Source of the DNA: Prevotella sp.
GTDB lineage: Bacteria > Bacteroidota > Bacteroidia > Bacteroidales > Dysgonomonadaceae
DNA: 59,912 nt
NCBI GenBank assembly: GCA_031285625.1
Contig: JAITVV010000060.1
Location: forward strand, 1-59,912
Direction of reading: 5' to 3'
The notes under the pieces: model-generated
What the model saw: the letters and a program-made list of their open reading frames with translations, nothing else
Told to the model about the DNA's origin: nothing
Databases searched by the model: none
Translations under genes and position numbers: made by a program
Shown: positions 28,125 through 39,300 of the stretch, in pieces
Layout of the letters: the number at the start of each line of letters is the position of its first letter
Position numbering within the stretch: the first letter of the stretch is position 1

Positions 28125-30716
28125 TTAATTCTTAAATTCCAATTCTCCATCTTTCATATCAATGATAATAGGAGTGGATTTATCTATAGTTCCTGCAAGC
28201 AACTGTCTTGAAAGCGGATCCAAGACCATACGTTGTATAACCCTTTTTACAGGGCGAGCCCCAAACTCAGGATCAAATCCCATTTGTGCGATCCAAACAA
28301 TAGCCTCATCTGTAAATTCAAGTTGTACACCATTTCCTTTCAGCATTTTCACAACACCATTTAGCTGAATCCGTACTACCTGTTCAATTTCTTTCAGGTT
28401 CAATGGTTCAAACATAATGGTTTCATCAATACGATTCAGGAATTCAGGGCGAACAGTAGCTTTCAGTATATCCAATACCTCATTTTTTGTTTTTTCAACC
28501 ACCTCATCATGATTCTTTGGAGTAATACCTGCAAAATTCTCACGGATAAGAGGTGAGCCTATGTTAGAGGTCATTATAATGATTGTATTCTTAAAGTTAA
28601 CCACACGTCCTTTGTTATCAGTTAACCGTCCATCATCTAATACCTGCAATAATATATTGAATACGTCCGGATGCGCCTTTTCTATTTCATCAAAAAGGAT
28701 AACTGAATATGGCTTGCGGCGAATAGCTTCCGTTAATTGTCCACCTTCATCATAACCGACATATCCCGGAGGCGCTCCGATAAGACGGGTAGCACTGAAT
28801 TTTTCCTGATACTCGCTCATATCAATACGGGTTATCATATTCTCATCATCAAACAGGAATTCAGCCAATGCTTTACCTAATTCGGTTTTACCTACACCGG
28901 TAGTTCCCAGAAAGATAAACGAGCCAATCGGACGCTTCGGATCTTGTAATCCCGCACGGCTACGACGAATAGCATTGGATACAGCATTGATTGCTTCATC
29001 CTGTCCCACAATACGCTTGTGCAATTCATCTTCGAGATTAAGTAGCTTATCTCTCTCACTTTGCAGCATTTTATTAACAGGAATACCTGTCCAACGTGAA
29101 ACGACATCAGCTATATCATAAGAGTCAACCTCTTCTTTTACCATTGCCTGGTTGCCCTGCATTTCATGCAACTGAAGTTGCAGTTGCTCTATACCTGTTT
29201 CCAGTTCCTTTATTTTGCCATAACGCAATTCTGCTACTTTTCCATAATCGCCCTCACGTTCAGCCTTTTCAGCTTCGAATTTAGCCTCTTCAATATCAAT
29301 TTTATTCTGCTGAATCTTATTGATAACTTCTTTTTCAGATTGCCATTTCGCTTTAAGTTCAGTTTCTTCTTCTTTCAGCTTGCTGATCTCTTTGGTTAAT
29401 TCGGCTTCTTTATGAGTATCATTCTCACGACGTATTGCTTCGCGTTCGATCTCCAATTGTTTTATACGACGGCTCTTCTCATCCAGTTCCTCCGGTACGG
29501 AGTCTACCTCCATACGAAGTTTTGCAGCTGCTTCATCCATAAGGTCAATTGCCTTGTCCGGCAAAAAACGATCTGTTATGTAACGGCTCGATAACTGAAC
29601 AGCAGCAATAATCGCCTCATCTTTGATACGTACTTTATGATGGTTTTCATATTTCTCTTTTAACCCACGTAGAATAGAAATTGTATCAGCCTCTGTAGGT
29701 TCATCTACTATTACAGTCTGGAAACGGCGTTCAAGAGCTTTGTCTTTTTCAAAATATTTTTGATATTCATCTAAGGTTGTAGCACCTATAGAACGTAGTT
29801 CTCCACGTGCAAGAGCGGGTTTTAAGATATTGGCTGCATCCATTGCCCCCTCACTCTTACCTGCACCTACCAGAGTATGTATCTCATCAATGAAAAGTAT
29901 AATTTCACCTTCCGCTTTAACGACCTCGTTTACTACAGATTTCAAACGCTCTTCAAATTCTCCTTTATATTTCGCCCCGGCAATCAACGCTCCCATATCC
30001 AGAGAGTATATTTGCTTACTTTTTAGGTTTTCTGGAACATCACCACGGATAATACGATGAGCAAGTCCCTCAGCAATGGCTGTTTTACCTGTTCCCGGTT
30101 CACCTATCAGTATCGGATTGTTCTTTGTTCTGCGACTTAATATCTGGAGCACACGACGAATTTCATCATCTCTGCCAATAACAGGATCGAGTTTACCATC
30201 TTTAGCTCTCTGAGTTAGGTTTATCGCATATTTTTCCAATGACTGATAAGTATCCTCTGCAGTTTCACTAGTTACTTTATTTCCTTTTCGGAGTTCATTG
30301 ATAGCTTGTTGTAAATCCTTTTCGGAAATGCCCGCGTCTTTCAATATCCTTGCAGCTGAGCTATTACCTGATAACAAGCCTAGCAACAGGTGCTCTATAG
30401 ATATGAACTGGTCTCCCATTTTTTTAGCATAATCCATAGCCTTATCTATAACAGCATTGCTTTCCCTGCTCAGATATGCTTCACCCCCACCCGATACTTT
30501 CGGGTAAGAATCAATTTCATGACTAAGCACCGATGTAAGGTGCCCCGGATTAGCCCCAAGTTTTTGAAAAAGGAAATTAACAACATTCTCTCCTGTCATA
30601 ATCACTCCGAGGAGTATATGAGCAGGTTCGATAGCCTGTTGTCCTTTTTCTTTTGTAATCTCGATAGCCTTTTGTAAGGCTTCGCGAGATTTAATTGTAT
30701 AATCATTTAAATTCAT
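28125..30716 (-). CDS. clpB: ATP-dependent chaperone ClpB
   Basis: Two AAA+ domains ([16 protein letters not shown]) with a long middle coiled coil. Confidence 0.97.
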   Translation of the reverse strand: MNLNDYTIKSREALQKAIEITKEKGQQAIEPAHILLGVIMTGENVVNFLFQKLGANPGHLTSVLSHEIDSYPKVSGGGEAYLSRESNAVIDKAMDYAKKMGDQFISIEHLLLGLLSGNSSAARILKDAGISEKDLQQAINELRKGNKVTSETAEDTYQSLEKYAINLTQRAKDGKLDPVIGRDDEIRRVLQILSRRTKNNPILIGEPGTGKTAIAEGLAHRIIRGDVPENLKSKQIYSLDMGALIAGAKYKGEFEERLKSVVNEVVKAEGEIILFIDEIHTLVGAGKSEGAMDAANILKPALARGELRSIGATTLDEYQKYFEKDKALERRFQTVIVDEPTEADTISILRGLKEKYENHHKVRIKDEAIIAAVQLSSRYITDRFLPDKAIDLMDEAAAKLRMEVDSVPEELDEKSRRIKQLEIEREAIRRENDTHKEAELTKEISKLKEEETELKAKWQSEKEVINKIQQNKIDIEEAKFEAEKAEREGDYGKVAELRYGKIKELETGIEQLQLQLHEMQGNQAMVKEEVDSYDIADVVSRWTGIPVNKMLQSERDKLLNLEDELHKRIVGQDEAINAVSNAIRRSRAGLQDPKRPIGSFIFLGTTGVGKTELGKALAEFLFDDENMITRIDMSEYQEKFSATRLIGAPPGYVGYDEGGQLTEAIRRKPYSVILFDEIEKAHPDVFNILLQVLDDGRLTDNKGRVVNFKNTIIIMTSNIGSPLIRENFAGITPKNHDEVVEKTKNEVLDILKATVRPEFLNRIDETIMFEPLNLKEIEQVVRIQLNGVVKMLKGNGVQLEFTDEAIVWIAQMGFDPEFGARPVKRVIQRMVLDPLSRQLLAGTIDKSTPIIIDMKDGELEFKN

Positions 30717-30759
30717 ATATTCAGTATTTATTTTTATTATTGTGTTTGATTTTAATCGT

Positions 30760-30800
30760 TCAAAATACTTGCCAAACGATAAATTATGACAAAATGACAG
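30760..30800 (-). promoter_or_regulatory. Sigma54-like -24/-12 element plus adjacent direct repeat upstream of clpB
   Basis: Minus strand TGGCAA-GTATT-TTGA (consensus TGGCAC-N5-TTGC), preceded by CTGTCAT-TT-TGTCAT. Confidence 0.45.
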
Positions 30801-30860
30801 ATCAATATTATGTAACTATACAAAGAGAATAAATCATCTGAATTTAAACAATTTACTCAA

Positions 30861-30910
30861 AAAAGGTGACAAAAGTAACACCTTTTTAGTTGTTTTTCAT
30901 GTTACTTTTT
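30861..30910 (-). repeat. Dispersed 9-mer element, copy B
   Basis: Minus strand AAAAAGTAACA-N19-TGTTACTTT-TGTCACCTT-TT. Confidence 0.85.
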
Positions 30911-30972
30911 ATAATGTATCTCTTACCTATATTAGACATTTTACCTGTAGCTTTATTCGCTATTGGAATAAC

Positions 30973-31003
30973 AAAAAAGAGACTATTTCATATAGCCTCT
31001 TTT
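30973..31003 (-). terminator. Probable obgE terminator
   Basis: AAAAGAGACTAT...ATAGCCTCTTTT hairpin with a T-tract on the minus strand. Confidence 0.6.
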
Positions 31004-31024
31004 CTCTAAATCTCTAATATTTAT

Positions 31025-32194
31025 TTAATTCTTTTCTTCCTCATCTTCTCCATAATAAAAATCAGGATCAAAATCTTCCTCATCTTCGTCCCAGTCTTCT
31101 TCTATATAATCATCTTCAGGAATATCTTCCTCCTCTTCAAATTCTACAGTCTTTATATCCAGGTTGCGATGAGTGATTTTTTCAAATGATTTACGGTATT
31201 CACCATCAGCATTCAATTCGCGCCATAACAGGTCTTTGAGTTCCGTTATTCCAAATCCAGTAATAGAGGATATAAAAATATGAGGAATCTCCGGTAGGTC
31301 TGCACTTAAGGCCTCTATCAGCTCTTCATCGAGCATATCCGATTTAGAAATAGCAAGGATTCTCCTTTTATCAAGTAGTTCAGGATTGTATTGAGCCAAT
31401 TCATTCAACAATATTCGGTATTCCTGATGTATATCATCAGCATCTGCCGGCACCATAAATAGTAAGAGTGAATTACGTTCTATGTGTCGAAGGAATCTTA
31501 GTCCAAGCCCTTTTCCTTCGCTGGCACCCTCTATGATTCCGGGAATGTCGGCCATAACAAACGATTTGAAATCACGATAACTCACGATCCCGATTTTGGG
31601 TTCAAGTGTTGTAAAAGGATAATTTGCAATTTTGGGTTTGGCAGCACTTACTACTGACAATAGTGTCGATTTTCCCGCATTAGGGAAACCAACGAGCCCT
31701 ACATCTGCCAGAACCTTCAGTTCCATGATCACCCTACGTTCCTGATATGGTTCTCCGGGTTGTGCATAACGTGGAGCCTGATTTGTAGATGTCTTAAAGT
31801 GATTATTACCACGGCCGCCTCTACCACCTTTCAACAGTATGACCTCCTGCCCATCCTCAGTCACATCACACAAATATTCTCCGGTTTCGGCATCATAGGC
31901 AACAGTCCCACATGGAACATCTATTATTTTCGATTCCCCACTTTTCCCGCTACTCAAACGGCCCGATCCGCTCTCTCCGTGTCCGGCAAGGATATGTCGT
32001 TGAAATTTGAGGTGAAGTAATGTCCATAGGTTGCGATTACCCCGAAGGATTACATCGCCTCCGTTACCCCCATCACCGCCATCAGGCCCTCCTTTTGGAA
32101 TATATTTTTCTCTACGGAAGTGAGTTGAACCTCTTCCTCCTTTACCTGAACGACAATATATCTTGACGTAATCTATGAAATTTGAATCTGCCAT
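31025..32194 (-). CDS. obgE: GTPase ObgE/CgtA
   Basis: Gly-rich Obg domain; [15 protein letters not shown] and DIPG motifs. Confidence 0.97.
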   Translation of the reverse strand: MADSNFIDYVKIYCRSGKGGRGSTHFRREKYIPKGGPDGGDGGNGGDVILRGNRNLWTLLHLKFQRHILAGHGESGSGRLSSGKSGESKIIDVPCGTVAYDAETGEYLCDVTEDGQEVILLKGGRGGRGNNHFKTSTNQAPRYAQPGEPYQERRVIMELKVLADVGLVGFPNAGKSTLLSVVSAAKPKIANYPFTTLEPKIGIVSYRDFKSFVMADIPGIIEGASEGKGLGLRFLRHIERNSLLLFMVPADADDIHQEYRILLNELAQYNPELLDKRRILAISKSDMLDEELIEALSADLPEIPHIFISSITGFGITELKDLLWRELNADGEYRKSFEKITHRNLDIKTVEFEEEEDIPEDDYIEEDWDEDEEDFDPDFYYGEDEEEKN

Positions 32195-32280
32195 ACTTTT
32201 ATTTAAAGGTAATATTTAGATAACAAAGGAAGCTATAAGACCGTTTACGGTTTATAACTTCCCCGAATATAAATATTGTA

Positions 32281-32853
32281 TTATTTCACTTTTTCAACAG
32301 CCTCTGCTATAAGACTGAAAATTTGATCTACTGTTCCTATTCCTTTTATAGTAGATAGTTTTCCTGATTTTTCGTAATGCTCTTTCAGTGGTGATGTCTG
32401 ATTTTTATATACATCCAGACGCGATTTTATTGTCTCCAGATTGTCATCCGAACGTCCTGATTGCTGTCCGCGTTTGATCAATCTTTCTATAAGTTCGGGT
32501 TCTTCAACATCAAGATTTACAACAATGGATACTTTCTCTCCACGTTCTTCCAATATCTTTTCTAAAGCTTCGCTTTGTGCTATTGTACGTGGAAATCCGT
32601 CAAAGACAACACCTGCAACATCCTTCTTGCTATCAAGTACATTAGCCAGCATACCAATAACTACATCATCGGGAACTAATTGTCCCTTCGAAATGTATCC
32701 TTCTGCTAATTTACCCAGTTCCGTACCATTCTTCATTTCAGCACGTAAAACATCTCCTGTAGAGATATGTGCTAGGTTATACTTTTTGATAAGGTTTTCG
32801 CTTTGAGTACCTTTACCAGAGCCGGGAGCTCCAAAAATTATAATATTCAGCAT
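32281..32853 (-). CDS. adk: Adenylate kinase
   Basis: GAPGSGKGTQ, DGFPRT and RSDD motifs. Confidence 0.96.
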   Translation of the reverse strand: MLNIIIFGAPGSGKGTQSENLIKKYNLAHISTGDVLRAEMKNGTELGKLAEGYISKGQLVPDDVVIGMLANVLDSKKDVAGVVFDGFPRTIAQSEALEKILEERGEKVSIVVNLDVEEPELIERLIKRGQQSGRSDDNLETIKSRLDVYKNQTSPLKEHYEKSGKLSTIKGIGTVDQIFSLIAEAVEKVK

Positions 32854-32893
32854 GTTATATAGAATTACAATACAGATTTATTAATCTGTAGTA

Positions 32894-33433
32894 TTATGAA
32901 TTTTTAATTTTGTAAATATCAGGAAGATTACGGCCATATCCGTCATAGTCGAGTCCGTATCCTACAATGAAATCACTAGGGATTTTCAATGCAACATAGT
33001 CTAGTTGGACCGGGACTTTCAAGGCCTTAGGTTTCAGGAGCATTGTAGACACAAATATTTCTTTGGGTTCATCACAAACCAATTGTTCAAGCATTAGCGA
33101 CATTGTGTAACCTGTATCTACTATATCTTCTACAATTACAATTGTACGTCCTTTTATATCCTCTTCCAGCCCATATATTTCCTTCAGTTTTTCGGTAGAA
33201 GTAGTTCCTTTATATGAGGATACTTTTACAAAAGAAACTTCACAAGGAATATTAACACGCTTCATCAGTTCCGAAGCATACATGAACGATCCGTTCAAAA
33301 CACAGATAAACAAAGGATCTTTATCAGCCAGGTCTTTATTTAGCTTTTCAGCTATTTCTCCAATAGCCTTTTCGATCGTATCTTGTGTCAGGAATAATTC
33401 AAATTCCTTATCTTTAATTTTCACCGTTTTCAT
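32894..33433 (-). CDS. hpt: Hypoxanthine phosphoribosyltransferase
   Basis: VEDIVDTGYT and VGYGLDY motifs. Confidence 0.95.
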   Translation of the reverse strand: MKTVKIKDKEFELFLTQDTIEKAIGEIAEKLNKDLADKDPLFICVLNGSFMYASELMKRVNIPCEVSFVKVSSYKGTTSTEKLKEIYGLEEDIKGRTIVIVEDIVDTGYTMSLMLEQLVCDEPKEIFVSTMLLKPKALKVPVQLDYVALKIPSDFIVGYGLDYDGYGRNLPDIYKIKNS

Positions 33434-33592
33434 AATGACCTGCTCTTATATAATGAAAATGCAAAAGTAGTACAATTCGGCTAATGTCTGTTATTATATT
33501 TACTTTTTAATTTGATAAAACTGGAAAAAGTTTAGAAAAATAAGAAAAGCAGAGAATAATTACCCTCTGCTTTTTATAGTGTGAATCGTAAA

Positions 33593-34285
33593 TTATTGAG
33601 GTGCCCCGTACACTTCTTCGCAAGGTTGTATTATTACCCAACCATCGCCTTCAAACATCATCTGGAAGCTTTCTCCACTACCACGTCCGATAAATGTTTT
33701 CAAAGAAATATCGGTTTTCATAGTTGGAGTAAGATTACCTGACCATGCTACTGTTGCATTCGGATCTGTAAACACAGGTTGTCCCGGTTTAACGATAAGC
33801 GTCATTGGATTTCCATGTGTTGTAATAGCAATATGGCCTGTTCCGCTAAGGCGGGCCTGGAACAATCCGCCACCCATGATTCCTGCTACACTCTTCATCA
33901 TTTTCACCTCTGATTGTACAGAATCTTCATGAGCCAGAATGTCATTACCATTTACATTGATAGATTCATTTTCAAGATACAAGATGCGAACTCTTTTTTC
34001 GAAATCGGCAGCATAAACTCTACCGGTTCCGGTTGTTTTCATCATTGTTGTCCCTTCACCGGACATTGTCTTCTTTAGCAAGTTGCCAATACCCTTGCTT
34101 AACATTCCTTCTCTCTCAAATTTAACATTTCCGGTGTAAGCTACCATCGCACCTTTTTTCAACATCACTGTCTGGTTGTTGATGTTAAGTTCTAACATAT
34201 ACGGGCTTTCTAACTGGAAAAAATCTTTTTTTGATTCATCCTGAGCTGTTTCATCGATAAATGCCTGAATGGAATACTTGTTCAT
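33593..34285 (-). CDS. AIM24 family protein
   Basis: GAMVAY, GGGLF, GSGESFQM.F.G.G.V..QP motifs. Confidence 0.88.
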   Translation of the reverse strand: MNKYSIQAFIDETAQDESKKDFFQLESPYMLELNINNQTVMLKKGAMVAYTGNVKFEREGMLSKGIGNLLKKTMSGEGTTMMKTTGTGRVYAADFEKRVRILYLENESINVNGNDILAHEDSVQSEVKMMKSVAGIMGGGLFQARLSGTGHIAITTHGNPMTLIVKPGQPVFTDPNATVAWSGNLTPTMKTDISLKTFIGRGSGESFQMMFEGDGWVIIQPCEEVYGAPQ

Positions 34286-34413
34286 TGTAGTTTTATTTAA
34301 ATTAGTATTAATAATTATTATATGTGAATATTTAATTTTTGCTAGAAACGACTAAAATAATGAAAAAATATTTAAAATACAAAATATAAACGATTGAAAT
34401 ACACGGATAAAGC

Positions 34414-34445
34414 AATGAGCCTGATGGCATTCCATCAGGCTCATT
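34414..34445 (-). terminator. Hairpin immediately after the rnr stop codon
   Basis: AATGAGCCTGATGG-catt-CCATCAGGCTCATT, a perfect 14-bp stem. Confidence 0.7.
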
Positions 34446-34446
34446 A

Positions 34447-36603
34447 TTAATCTTCTATCAGAGCAAAATCCAATTGTTTCCGTTCGAGATTAGCCCTTGC
34501 TACTTTTATCTTTATCGGGTCTCCAAGACTGTAGGTACGTTTGTTGCGACGCCCTCGTAGGCAGTAGTTCTTCTCATCAAATTCGTAAAAATCATCATCG
34601 AGATCGCGGATAGGCACCATCCCTTCACATTTGTTCTCATTGATTTCAGCATACAGTCCCCATTCTGTTATTCCCGAGATAACAGCATCAAATACCTGCC
34701 CTAATTTATCAGACATGTATTCCACTTGCTTGTATTTGATAGATGCTCTTTCGGCATTTGCAGCCAGTTGTTCCATGTTTGAACTATGCTCGCATTTACT
34801 TTCGTATAATTGCTTGCTTACGCTGCGTCCTCCATCCAGGTATCTGGTCAATAAACGGTGTACCATCATATCCGGATAACGACGGATGGGAGAGGTAAAG
34901 TGTGTGTAATATTCAAAGGCCAAACCATAGTGTCCAATGTTGGCTGTTGAATAAATTGCCTTGGCCATAGCCCGGATAGCAATTGTAGAAATCAGATTTT
35001 CTTCCGGCTTTCCATTTACCTCATCTAACAGATGATTAATAGATTTAGATACACTTGTCTTGGTACCATCTACTTTTATTTTGTAACCGAAACGGCGAAT
35101 AAATTCAGATAGATTCTCCATTTTTTCGCTATTAGGTATATCATGGATACGATAAACGAATGTTTTTGCATTTTTATTTTTAGGAACATTTCCAACAAAT
35201 TCTGCAACCGTCCTGTTTGCTAGCAACATGAATTCTTCGATCAGTTTGTTTGAATCCTTTGCATATTTGAAGTACACGCTCAATGGCTTTCCATGTTCAT
35301 CTATTTCAAATCTGACCTCATGACGGTCGAAAGCAATAGCTCCATTATCGAACCTTTTTGCCCTGAGTTTTTTCGCAAGATCGTTTAACTTTAATACTTC
35401 TTCGCTGTAATCCCCTTTTCCGGTTTCTATGATATCTTGCGCTTCCTCGTATGTAAAACGCCTATCGGAGTGAATAACGGTACGGGTGATACGATGCTTC
35501 TTTATGTTAGCTTCTTCATCCAATTCGAAAATGACAGAATAACATAGTTTGTCTTCATGCGGACGAAGGGAACATAAGCCATTACTTAACCGCTCAGGCA
35601 ACATTGGTATAGTCCTGTCTACAAGATAAATTGATGTGGCACGGCTTTCTCCTTCTTTATCTATAATATCGCCTTCCTGCACATAGTGCGTTACGTCGGC
35701 AATATGTACGCCGACTTCCCAGCGACCATTCTTAAGCTGCTTGATTGACAAAGCATCATCAAAATCCTTAGCATCACGAGGGTCAATTGTGAACGTGAGA
35801 GTATTTCTCATGTCTTCACGCTTGGCTATTTCTTCAGGGGTAATATCTTCAGGGATCTTATTAGCTGCAGCCTCCACTTTTTCAGGATATTTGTACGGCA
35901 ATCCGAATTCGGCAAGAATGGCATTCATTTCTGTATTATTTTGTCCCGCCTGTCCTAATATATCTATTACCTTCCCTATTGGATTTTTTGCTTTTTTAGG
36001 CCATTCCACAACTTCAACAAGCGCTTTATCTCCATCTTTACCCCCCTTTAAGTTTTCTTTTGGGATAAAAATATCGTTAGCCAGTATTTTGCTGTCCATT
36101 ACCAGAAATGCAAATTGCTTTTGCACATCCAGTGTGCCAACAAATGTAAGTTGCTTGCGTTCCAGTATCTCTACAACTTCACCTTCCGGATCACGTCCTT
36201 TCCTTTTGGCTAGCATTTGTATTTTTACATGGTCTCCGTTCATTGCATGAGCAGAGTTGCGTTCTGCTATAAATACGTGAGAGCTTTCATCATCACCATC
36301 AACAACAAAGAAGTTTTTGCCATTGCTTCGTCTTTCAAAAGTACCCTCAAGAAATATACCTCTGTTGTTTGATTTATATTTTCCTCTGGCTGTTTCAATA
36401 ATAAAAGCATCTTCTTGCAAATCGAAGAGTATATTATTAATCAATTGTTTTTCGGCCGGTTTTTTATATCCCAGTTTTTCGGCTACTTGTTTAAAACTAA
36501 ATGATTCTGTCGAATTCCTATTGAAAAAGTTTACAATAGCATTTATTATATCGGACTTTGTTTTTCTTTTGTCAGTCTTATGCGGCATTTTGTTTTTGCT
36601 CAT
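34447..36603 (-). CDS. rnr: Ribonuclease R
   Basis: TIDPRDAKDFDDA and HFTSPIRRYPD motifs; C-terminal S1 domain. Confidence 0.96.
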   Translation of the reverse strand: MSKNKMPHKTDKRKTKSDIINAIVNFFNRNSTESFSFKQVAEKLGYKKPAEKQLINNILFDLQEDAFIIETARGKYKSNNRGIFLEGTFERRSNGKNFFVVDGDDESSHVFIAERNSAHAMNGDHVKIQMLAKRKGRDPEGEVVEILERKQLTFVGTLDVQKQFAFLVMDSKILANDIFIPKENLKGGKDGDKALVEVVEWPKKAKNPIGKVIDILGQAGQNNTEMNAILAEFGLPYKYPEKVEAAANKIPEDITPEEIAKREDMRNTLTFTIDPRDAKDFDDALSIKQLKNGRWEVGVHIADVTHYVQEGDIIDKEGESRATSIYLVDRTIPMLPERLSNGLCSLRPHEDKLCYSVIFELDEEANIKKHRITRTVIHSDRRFTYEEAQDIIETGKGDYSEEVLKLNDLAKKLRAKRFDNGAIAFDRHEVRFEIDEHGKPLSVYFKYAKDSNKLIEEFMLLANRTVAEFVGNVPKNKNAKTFVYRIHDIPNSEKMENLSEFIRRFGYKIKVDGTKTSVSKSINHLLDEVNGKPEENLISTIAIRAMAKAIYSTANIGHYGLAFEYYTHFTSPIRRYPDMMVHRLLTRYLDGGRSVSKQLYESKCEHSSNMEQLAANAERASIKYKQVEYMSDKLGQVFDAVISGITEWGLYAEINENKCEGMVPIRDLDDDFYEFDEKNYCLRGRRNKRTYSLGDPIKIKVARANLERKQLDFALIED

Positions 36604-36990
36604 AGTTTATTTCTTAGTTTAATATTCAATTACATTAGTCGTTTTGCGAGACTTGGCATAACTTCAATCTAGTTTTGATTCTACACTCGCTACTTTAACG
36701 TTTCTTTATGTACAACAGTTTTTCTATTGTAGATGTTTTGTATTTGCAAAGGATTAGACGATTCAAATATACAAAAAAGAATGAAAGTTATACATTATAA
36801 GCAGGCAGTAATTAATGATATATCTTTCTTTACCATAAGAAAATAACAGATAAAAATACAGAATTCAATTTAAAATGAACCATAATATTACAGTTATGAT
36901 TAATAAGTTATTTTTTTCTAATTTAAAGAAGAAACTGAAACTTATTTAGAAATAAAAAGTGTAATTTTGCATCGTCAAAAACAGAGTATA

Positions 36991-37686
36991 ATGTCTTGTA
37001 TATTGAATATAGAAACTGCAACCGAGGTATGTTCTGTAGCTGTTTCATCAGAAAGGAAAATCATTTTTCAAAAAGAAGAAACGAAAGGACCGTCCCATGC
37101 GGTACTGCTCGGGCAATTTGTAAATGAAGCCGTCGAATATTTGCGTGCAGAAAATATAAAACTCGATGCCGTAGCTGTTAGTTGTGGCCCCGGTTCATAT
37201 ACAGGACTTCGTATAGGTGTGTCAGAGGCTAAAGGACTTTGCTATGGACTGGATATACCTTTGATTTCCGTTCCTACTCTTAAGTTGATGGCCTACTCTG
37301 TTTCAAATCTGGTTGAAAAATCAATTCTACTTTGTCCTATGATCGATGCCCGAAGGATGGAAGTATATGATGCATTATTTGATACTGAATTAAATGAATT
37401 GCAGTCTGTTTCAGCGGATATTATTGATGAAAATTCTTTTGCCGATTTCTTAACCAAAGATAAAATTGCCTTCTTTGGTAACGGATCAGAAAAGTGTAAA
37501 GCTGTGCTGCAGCGCCCAAATGCAGTATTCCTGGATAACATTTATCCAAGAGCAATTGATATGGTGAAGCTTGCTGATGAAGCATTTGAAAGCAGATCTT
37601 TTGTTGATGTAGCTTACTTCGAACCCTTTTATCTCAAAGAATTCGTAGCAACAACGCCAAAGAATAAGGTGTTGTCTGGGATGTAA
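36991..37686 (+). CDS. tsaB: tRNA threonylcarbamoyladenosine biosynthesis protein TsaB
   Basis: ILNIETAT, GPGSYTGLRIG and DARRMEVY motifs; ATG at 36991 follows a TAATTTTG box. Confidence 0.95.
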   Translation: MSCILNIETATEVCSVAVSSERKIIFQKEETKGPSHAVLLGQFVNEAVEYLRAENIKLDAVAVSCGPGSYTGLRIGVSEAKGLCYGLDIPLISVPTLKLMAYSVSNLVEKSILLCPMIDARRMEVYDALFDTELNELQSVSADIIDENSFADFLTKDKIAFFGNGSEKCKAVLQRPNAVFLDNIYPRAIDMVKLADEAFESRSFVDVAYFEPFYLKEFVATTPKNKVLSGM

Positions 37687-37689
37687 AGA

Positions 37690-37746
37690 TTATTGTGAAT
37701 AGATCTTGTACTTAAGACTTTATAGTCTTAAGTATCTTATTGTGAA
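37690..37746. repeat. Perfect hairpin flanked by 10-bp direct repeats
   Basis: TTATTGTGAA ... TACTTAAGACT-ttat-AGTCTTAAGTA ... TTATTGTGAA. Confidence 0.7.
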
Positions 37747-37844
37747 ATTATTGTAAGGCATTTTACTATACCTTACAAGGTTAAGCTGTTGATATCTACA
37801 ATAGTGATATTGTTATTTTTTTACTTTATCCAATATTTTACATT

Positions 37845-38384
37845 ATGAGAATGTTAGTCTTGTCTTTTTTATTGTTAGTTCCTTTATTCAGCGTCTCTCA
37901 ATCAAAAAGAACTATCCCCCCAATGCCGGATAAGATAAATAATATCTCGGCACGAATTGCTGAAAGTGTTAGTTATAATTCATATTATGGAAGATCTGAT
38001 GATACAGATGATTGGTTTTCCCGGGAAGATGTAGGTTCGTCTGTATATATATCTGATAATAGGATATGTTTTGATATTAAAAATACTAAAGGAAAGCTTT
38101 TCTCATTTATTAGATATATTAGACGCAGCAATAATTTATACTTTCTAGACCATAGCAAAGAAGACTATTGGAAATCAGAAGAGCAAGATGAGGAGAAAGG
38201 AGTATTTGGATTTACAGCGAAGTATGGTAATGATATGGAATTTCTCATCAAAATAATTCCTGAAGCTACCTCTGACGGAGAAGAACTCAATTATAATTAC
38301 CATACAGGTAAAACCGAAATAGCCATAAAAAAAAGAGGAAAATTTTTATGGATGCTTTATTGCAAAAACTATTATAAACAATAG
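37845..38384 (+). CDS. Hypothetical secreted protein
   Basis: Signal peptide ending VSQ; no recognised domain. Confidence 0.7.
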   Translation: MRMLVLSFLLLVPLFSVSQSKRTIPPMPDKINNISARIAESVSYNSYYGRSDDTDDWFSREDVGSSVYISDNRICFDIKNTKGKLFSFIRYIRRSNNLYFLDHSKEDYWKSEEQDEEKGVFGFTAKYGNDMEFLIKIIPEATSDGEELNYNYHTGKTEIAIKKRGKFLWMLYCKNYYKQ

Positions 38385-38387
38385 AAT

Positions 38388-38720
38388 TTATATAAATATA
38401 TAGTACAGAAATATAACATAGCATGTGATTGCAATAATCATATGCAAACTAAGGATTTTAATAGCTGAGGATTTTGTCAGTTTACCAAAACTCATTATAA
38501 GTCCCAAAACAACAATAATTGTAGCTAATATAATATTTGTCCATAATCGTGTGTCACCCATAAATGCTGCGATAACAACAATAGAAGCCCCTATGATAGT
38601 CCCTATACCATGTATTGCTTTGTAAAGCGTAGGCACAGGTTCTTTCTTTTTTCGTTTTGATACCATAAGGAATCCGACTATAATAACAATTCCGATAGCA
38701 AGTGCAGAGATCCAAAGCAT
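38388..38720 (-). CDS. Small four-TM membrane protein
   Basis: MLWISALAIG start; four hydrophobic segments with two intramembrane His (AIHG, SLHM). Confidence 0.7.
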   Translation of the reverse strand: MLWISALAIGIVIIVGFLMVSKRKKKEPVPTLYKAIHGIGTIIGASIVVIAAFMGDTRLWTNIILATIIVVLGLIMSFGKLTKSSAIKILSLHMIIAITCYVIFLYYIFI

Positions 38721-38918
38721 GTTAAAGTTTGCGAGATAAAACATAAATAGTTTTTTATTGATCAGAGCCGACAAAGATAATTCTTTTATGTAAAAGTTAA
38801 ATACTTCTCTTAAATTCAATTATTATTATTTTCATAAAATGTTTGCTAAATATTTGGTATATAAAAAATAAGATATATCTTTACGAAAAGTTAGTAGATT
38901 TACGTAAATTAAAATACA

Positions 38919-39281
38919 ATGGAAAAACTTACTCATCAGGAAGAAACAATAATGCTCCATATCTGGCAGTTGAAAGAATGTGTAGTGAAAGATATCGTTA
39001 ATGAAATGGATAATCCCAAACCTCCTTATACGACAGTCGCTTCAGTTGTTCGCAACCTGGAACAGAAAGGATACCTGAATGCGAAGAAATATGGAAACGT
39101 ATGGGTGTATAGCCCTAAAATAAATGAGGATGATTATAAAAAAGTCTTTATGTCGAATGTCGTAAAAAGCTATTTTGAGAATTCTTATAAGGAGTTGGTT
39201 TCATTCTTTGTAAAAGAGGAAAAGATCTCTCCTGAAGAACTACAGGAGATCATGAAAATGATCGAAAAAGGAAAGAGCTAA
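38919..39281 (+). CDS. BlaI/MecI/CopY family transcriptional repressor
   Basis: LTHQEETIM..IW, PPYTTVASVVRNLEQKGY, YFENSYKELVSFF. Confidence 0.93.
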   Translation: MEKLTHQEETIMLHIWQLKECVVKDIVNEMDNPKPPYTTVASVVRNLEQKGYLNAKKYGNVWVYSPKINEDDYKKVFMSNVVKSYFENSYKELVSFFVKEEKISPEELQEIMKMIEKGKS

Positions 39282-39300
39282 TCATCTAAACACAATTACC

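Noticed and set aside
31025-31145. Highly acidic C-terminal tail of ObgE
   Set aside because: Acidic disordered tails are a common Obg feature.
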